DNA of 64,000 nt from Octopus sinensis (taxonomy: Eukaryota): positions 1,550,001 to 1,614,000 of the forward strand of contig NC_043021.1 of assembly GCF_006345805.1 (NCBI RefSeq). Reading direction: 5' to 3'. Shown piece by piece: positions 63,992 to 64,000 of the stretch. Made by a program: the position numbers and the translations under genes. Each line of letters begins with the position of its first letter. The stretch's first letter is position 1. Below the pieces are notes generated by a model. The model worked only from the letters and a program-made list of their open reading frames with translations, was not told the origin of the DNA and made no database searches.

Positions 63992-64000
63992 ATGTGTGGG

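Overview
Repeat-dense, AT-rich eukaryotic DNA, inferred to be from an octopus (coleoid cephalopod) from its SINE families and extreme microsatellite load. Most ORFs in the track are microsatellite artefacts. Protein-coding content I could reconstruct by hand: (1) the last exon of a G-protein alpha subunit, probably the Gv class (+, 1238-1428); (2) a complete 6-exon NDUFB5 gene (-, 17225-9140, 193 aa) whose first intron needs a GC donor; (3) a complete 3-exon ALKBH4 gene (+, 17901-38915, 276 aa), head-to-head with NDUFB5; (4) an intronless PC-esterase (PCED1/FAM113) gene nested on the same strand in ALKBH4 intron 2, with its own promoter motif cluster and an apparent -1 frameshift into a long basic C-terminal frame. 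The rest is SINEs, RTE/CR1/Dong-R4/Penelope retroelement pieces, Tc1/mariner relics, several MITE hairpins, a degenerate tRNA-Val(TAC), a Penelope-type minimal hammerhead ribozyme and a 100-N gap. All family calls are from recalled motifs, not database searches.
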